A DNA stretch of 64,000 bases from an uncultured Gemmatimonadota bacterium (GTDB lineage: Bacteria > Gemmatimonadota > Gemmatimonadetes > Palauibacterales > Palauibacteraceae): positions 1,674 through 65,673 of the forward strand of contig CAZDZJ010000135.1 in assembly GCA_964509895.1 (NCBI GenBank), read 5' to 3'. Positions 60,195 to 64,000 of the stretch are shown piece after piece; positions within the stretch are counted from its first letter, which is position 1, and the number at the start of each line of letters is the position of its first letter. The translations under genes were made by a program, and so were the position numbers. The notes beneath the pieces are model-generated. The model made no database searches, was not told the origin of the DNA, and was given only the letters and a program-made list of their open reading frames with translations.

Positions 60195-60941
60195 ATGGCA
60201 AAGAAGAGGGTACAGCAGCAGAGCGCTCCCCCGCGCAAGAACAGGTGGTTCCCGATCGCCTTGGTCGTCATCGTGGCGGCCGGCGCGTTCTGGCTCCTTG
60301 TGGGGGGCGGACAGGGCGGCTCGGGCCCGCCGCCGACGCCCACGGAACTGGCCGAAGTGCTGGCCGAGGCGGAGGCGGATCCCGCGGTCGGCTACGAGCT
60401 TGCGGAATCGGCTCCGATTACGATCGAGGAGTTCTACGACCCGTCGTGTCCGGCCTGCGCGCAGTTCTCCGGTTTCGCCGGCAAGCTGATCCGGCAGAGC
60501 TACGTCGAGCGGGCGGATGCTCCGGTGCGCTGGGTCTCCTACACCATCATTCTCGGCAGTTTTCCCAACTCGATCGCGGCCGCGCTGGCCGAGCGCTGCG
60601 CGAACGAGCAGGGCCGCTACTGGCCCATGCACGATCTCCTGCTCGCTCGCCAGACGCGCTGGTACACGCAACAGGATCCCGCCGCCGCGATCGCCGAAAT
60701 CGCCCTCGACGCGGGCGTCGACTCCGGCACCTTCAACGAGTGCATGCGCGAGCGCCGGCACCTGGAGGATGTCGCCAGGTCGCAGAGGGTCGCCGAGTCG
60801 CGCGGCGTGAACTCGACGCCCACGATCTTCTTCGACGGAGAGCGCGTGAACTGGCAGGGCATGGACCCGTACATGTTCCTGGAGGGGCTGATCCAGACAC
60901 GGCTGGAGGAACTGTCGTCCGCCGACGCTTCTTCCCCGTGA
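60195..60941 (+). CDS. Membrane-anchored DsbA-family thioredoxin
   Basis: EFYDPSCPAC, EQGRYWPMHDLL, GVNSTPTIF; N-terminal TM segment. Confidence 0.88.
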   Translation: MAKKRVQQQSAPPRKNRWFPIALVVIVAAGAFWLLVGGGQGGSGPPPTPTELAEVLAEAEADPAVGYELAESAPITIEEFYDPSCPACAQFSGFAGKLIRQSYVERADAPVRWVSYTIILGSFPNSIAAALAERCANEQGRYWPMHDLLLARQTRWYTQQDPAAAIAEIALDAGVDSGTFNECMRERRHLEDVARSQRVAESRGVNSTPTIFFDGERVNWQGMDPYMFLEGLIQTRLEELSSADASSP

Positions 60942-60954
60942 GCACCGCAGACCC

Positions 60955-61395
60955 GTGAGCGAACTGAACCGGCGGCGGGGGATCGCGCTCCTGGCGCTGG
61001 CCGGCGCCTTTCTCTCGACCTACCTCTTCCTCTACGCGCTCGGCTACTACGGCGAACTCGTCTGCGGAGCGGGAGGCGGCTGCGATCTCGTCCAGGGCTC
61101 GCGCTGGGCCCGCTTCCTCGGCTTCCCCGTGGCCGGATGGGGCGTGGGCTGGTACGTAGCCGTGTTCGGGGTCTCGATGCTGGGGACGAGGGACGGCAGC
61201 GGCGCGGCCGGCTGGATCCCGCTGGCGCTGGTCGTGCTCGCGCTGGGAGGACTCGCCTTCACGATCTACCTGACGGCGCTCGAGTTATGGGTCATCCACG
61301 CGATCTGCCGCTGGTGCGTGGGGAGCGCCGTCATCACCCTCGGAATCTTCCTCCTCAGCCTCCCCGAGTTCCGCGCGTTTCGCACCCCTGCCTGA
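60955..61395 (+). CDS. Vitamin K epoxide reductase (VKOR) family protein
   Basis: CGAGGGC..VQGSRWA..LGFPVA, ELWVIHAICRWC. Confidence 0.9.
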   Translation: MSELNRRRGIALLALAGAFLSTYLFLYALGYYGELVCGAGGGCDLVQGSRWARFLGFPVAGWGVGWYVAVFGVSMLGTRDGSGAAGWIPLALVVLALGGLAFTIYLTALELWVIHAICRWCVGSAVITLGIFLLSLPEFRAFRTPA

Positions 61396-61410
61396 AGCGC
61401 CTCGGCCGGT

Positions 61411-62367
61411 TCAGGGGCCGGGGGGGCGCAGTTCGTTCCAGCGCTCGATGAAGGCGACCGCGGCGTCGACCGTCACCTCCGTTGCGATCCGTCCGCGCTC
61501 GAGCGTGGCCTCGGCCGGGTCGCGCGTGCCCCACACGCCCGTGGACGACATCTCGATCGACGACGTGCCCTTGCCCGTGGATTCGTCCTTGAGCCCCTCC
61601 GCGAGGAACACGGCGAGCGCCGTCGGATCGCCGGCCAGCACGTCCGGTACCATGGCCTGCAGATGGTCGGGCATGGTGAGTTCGGCGGGGACCGCCGCGT
61701 CCAGATCCACCAGCGTCGGCATGAGGTAGAGCGAACTCGACGTCTCGGGCGTCCCGCCGTGGCGGTCGAGTTCGTCAGGCGGAGGCGCAGGGACCGCCGC
61801 CATGCGGGTCCGGTCGCGGAACGGCCCCGAGACCGCGCCCAGATCCACGGCGATCCCCGCCGTCTCCTGGTTGATGCGATCGACGATGAACGTGGTGATG
61901 GCGCGGTTGCCGCCGTGCGCGTTCATGATCAGGAAGCGCTTGAAGCCGTGGGCGATGAGGCTCTTGACCGACTCGACGTACACCTCCTGCACGAGCGGCG
62001 AGGGGAGGGTGATCGTCCCCTCGAATCCCATGTGGTACGGGGACTGTCCCGGCAGGAGGATCGGCGCGACGAGGACGTCGGCCCGTTGCGCGATGAGCTT
62101 CGCCTGCTCGACCCCGTTCAGGTAGTCGGTGCCGATCGGCAGGTGGTTCCCGTGCTGCTCCAGCGAGGCGACCGGGATGATGACCATGTCGCTCCGCGCC
62201 AGGAAGTCGCGCACCTCCGGCACGGTCATGTGCGGCAGGTAGTTCTTCACCTTCTCCTGCGTCCACAGCGGGTTCGTCTGGGCGGCCGCTGCGGAAGGGA
62301 GGTCCGCCGTCGCGGCGACGGCGAGGAACAGGAAGACGGGCAGGGATCGTCGGCTGGATCGTCGCAT
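61411..62367 (-). CDS. Creatininase / amidohydrolase family protein with signal peptide
   Basis: SLEQHGNHLPIGTD, SPYH, NAHGGN, HGG..ETS. Confidence 0.88.
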   Translation of the reverse strand: MRRSSRRSLPVFLFLAVAATADLPSAAAAQTNPLWTQEKVKNYLPHMTVPEVRDFLARSDMVIIPVASLEQHGNHLPIGTDYLNGVEQAKLIAQRADVLVAPILLPGQSPYHMGFEGTITLPSPLVQEVYVESVKSLIAHGFKRFLIMNAHGGNRAITTFIVDRINQETAGIAVDLGAVSGPFRDRTRMAAVPAPPPDELDRHGGTPETSSSLYLMPTLVDLDAAVPAELTMPDHLQAMVPDVLAGDPTALAVFLAEGLKDESTGKGTSSIEMSSTGVWGTRDPAEATLERGRIATEVTVDAAVAFIERWNELRPPGP

Positions 62368-62419
62368 GGGACCGGCTCCTGTCGGAGGGGTGTCAGCGTC
62401 CTGCCAGGAGTTCAGCGCG

Positions 62420-64000
62420 TCAGAACGCGGCCACTGGCATCGTGAGGAGCGCCGCGTAGAGGTCGATCGCGTACCACAGGTTCGCGATGCGGAGGTTCTC
62501 GTCGGGCGCGTGCTGGTTGTTGTCGTGGTTCGCGACGGGGACGTTGACGGCCGGCTTCCCGGCCACGTCGGTGAACAGGTAGAGGGGCAGGGTGCCGCCC
62601 AGGCCGGGTGCGAGGACGAGCGAGCCCGTCCCGAAGGCGCGGTCGGCCGCCGCCGAAGCCGCGGTGATGATCTCCTGCACGAAGGGGTCGTCCATCGAGG
62701 TGCGGGCCGCGGGATAGCCGCCCCCGCCCGTTACCTTGGCGATGCGCGGGTACCGGAGGCGTGTCTCCATGTCCGGGTCCTCGGACACGACGTGGAAGCC
62801 CTGCGACTCGATGTGATCCACGACGAGTTGCCGCAGGTGGGCCGCCTCGTTGCCCTTGACGAGCCGGATGCCCAGCGCGGCGACGGCCGTGTTGGGGATG
62901 ATGTTCCGGGCCAGCGCGCCCGTGTTTCCGCTCGTCAGGCCGCGGATGTTGAGCGCCGGCAGGAGGATTCGCTCCGACAGCGTCTCCGGTTCGCCCTCGG
63001 TCCAGAGGAGCCCCATCTCCCGCTTGAGCGCCTCGTCGACCGGAGGCATCGACTCGAGCGCCGCCCTTTCCTCCGCCCCCAGCGGATCGGCCGTGTCGTA
63101 CCAGCCCTCGATGAGCACGCGCCCCGTCTCGTCCTTCATCGAGGCGAGGAGCCGGGCGAGGATGTTTCCGGTATCCGGCGCCCAGTTGCCGTAGTGGCCC
63201 GAGTGCAGGTTCCGGGTGGCCCCGTAGACGGTGACCTCCATCCCCATCGAGCCCCGCACCCCGAAGGTGAGCTGCGGGCGACCGCTCTGGTGCGCCGGTC
63301 CGTCGAAGAAGAGCCACACATCGATGTCGTCGATACGGTCGGCCGCCATCTCCATGTACCGTCCCAGGTGCCTGGATCCGGCCTCCTCCTCCCCGTCGAA
63401 GAAGAAGATGAGGTTCGAGGTCGGCTGGATGCCCTCCCCCCGGAACGCCCGCAGCACCGGCAGGAGCGCGGCGATCGGCGCCTTGTCGTCCCCCGCGGAG
63501 CGCGCGTAGATCCGCCACTCCGGGTCCACCGGCTCTCCGGCCGCCGGGAAGTCGCGTGGCGCCCCGCCGACCTCCATCGAGGCCGTGTACAGCGTCGGCT
63601 CGAAGGGGGGATGGGTCCAGTTCCGCGGGTCGACCGGCTGCCCGTCGTAGTGCACGTAGATCCCCAGCGTCCGCTCCGCGTCCGGCGCGAGCAGTTCGCC
63701 GTACACGAGAGGCGCGACGCCCTCGATGCCGAGCAACTCGGAGGTAACGCCCACCGCCCGCAACTCGTCTCGGATGTACTCCGCGGCCCGGGTCACATCC
63801 TCCAGGTCACGCGCCCGGTTGGGATAGGTCAGGAGTTCGGCGAAATCCCGCAGGATCGCGGCTTCGTTTGCCTCCCGGTACGCGCGCGCTACGTCGGCCC
63901 CCGACTGCGCGTGCAATCCGCCGGCGAGGCCGAACAGCAGCGCGACGGCCAGAAAGCACGGTTGCGGGAGGAGCGGGGTCAGGCGGCCGAATCTCGAACG
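62420..64000 (-). CDS. M20/M25/M40 family metallo-hydrolase, secreted (5' end beyond window)
   Basis: YVHYDGQP, ARSAGDDK, DGEEEAGS, LHSGHYG, NQHAPDEN; signal peptide upstream of 63916 and frame open to the window edge. Confidence 0.88.
   Translation of the reverse strand, partial: RSRFGRLTPLLPQPCFLAVALLFGLAGGLHAQSGADVARAYREANEAAILRDFAELLTYPNRARDLEDVTRAAEYIRDELRAVGVTSELLGIEGVAPLVYGELLAPDAERTLGIYVHYDGQPVDPRNWTHPPFEPTLYTASMEVGGAPRDFPAAGEPVDPEWRIYARSAGDDKAPIAALLPVLRAFRGEGIQPTSNLIFFFDGEEEAGSRHLGRYMEMAADRIDDIDVWLFFDGPAHQSGRPQLTFGVRGSMGMEVTVYGATRNLHSGHYGNWAPDTGNILARLLASMKDETGRVLIEGWYDTADPLGAEERAALESMPPVDEALKREMGLLWTEGEPETLSERILLPALNIRGLTSGNTGALARNIIPNTAVAALGIRLVKGNEAAHLRQLVVDHIESQGFHVVSEDPDMETRLRYPRIAKVTGGGGYPAARTSMDDPFVQEIITAASAAADRAFGTGSLVLAPGLGGTLPLYLFTDVAGKPAVNVPVANHDNNQHAPDENLRIANLWYAIDLYAALLTMPVAAF

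Noticed and set aside
60195-61395. DsbA+VKOR pair as a novel system
   Set aside because: This is an established DsbB-independent disulfide-formation pathway.

Overview
High-GC bacterial chromosomal window, about 56 CDSs and densely coding. The gene repertoire (barrel-less TonB-plug protein, metallopeptidase/PD40/Omp85 fusion, GldA/GldF-GldG-like ABC system with DUF4340, many secreted S9/M20/beta-lactamase-like hydrolases) suggests a Gemmatimonadota-type Gram-negative organism; this is inference only. Core genes include pyrE, fumC, proBA, acs, leuS, waaA, uvrA, gyrA and nfuA. Also present are a vapBC toxin-antitoxin pair, an orphan N6-adenine methyltransferase, a DsbA+VKOR pair and a Gfo/Idh/MocA + TIM-barrel + MFS sugar operon. 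No rRNA, tRNA, CRISPR array or transposase was seen. The most striking non-coding signal is a dispersed family of CTAG-bounded palindromic elements: four copies plus one remnant (19925, 28869, 32577, 40308, 42966). They share a structured internal core but have two unrelated terminal-repeat types, show compensatory base changes, and four of the five sit on gene stop codons. Other notable points are a 6S-like RNA candidate (5168-5331), a Fur homologue that has lost most regulatory metal ligands, a probable deletion junction truncating a GT2 gene (~52578), two likely CTG starts and several apparently leaderless genes. All calls are by-eye motif recognition; no searches were run.
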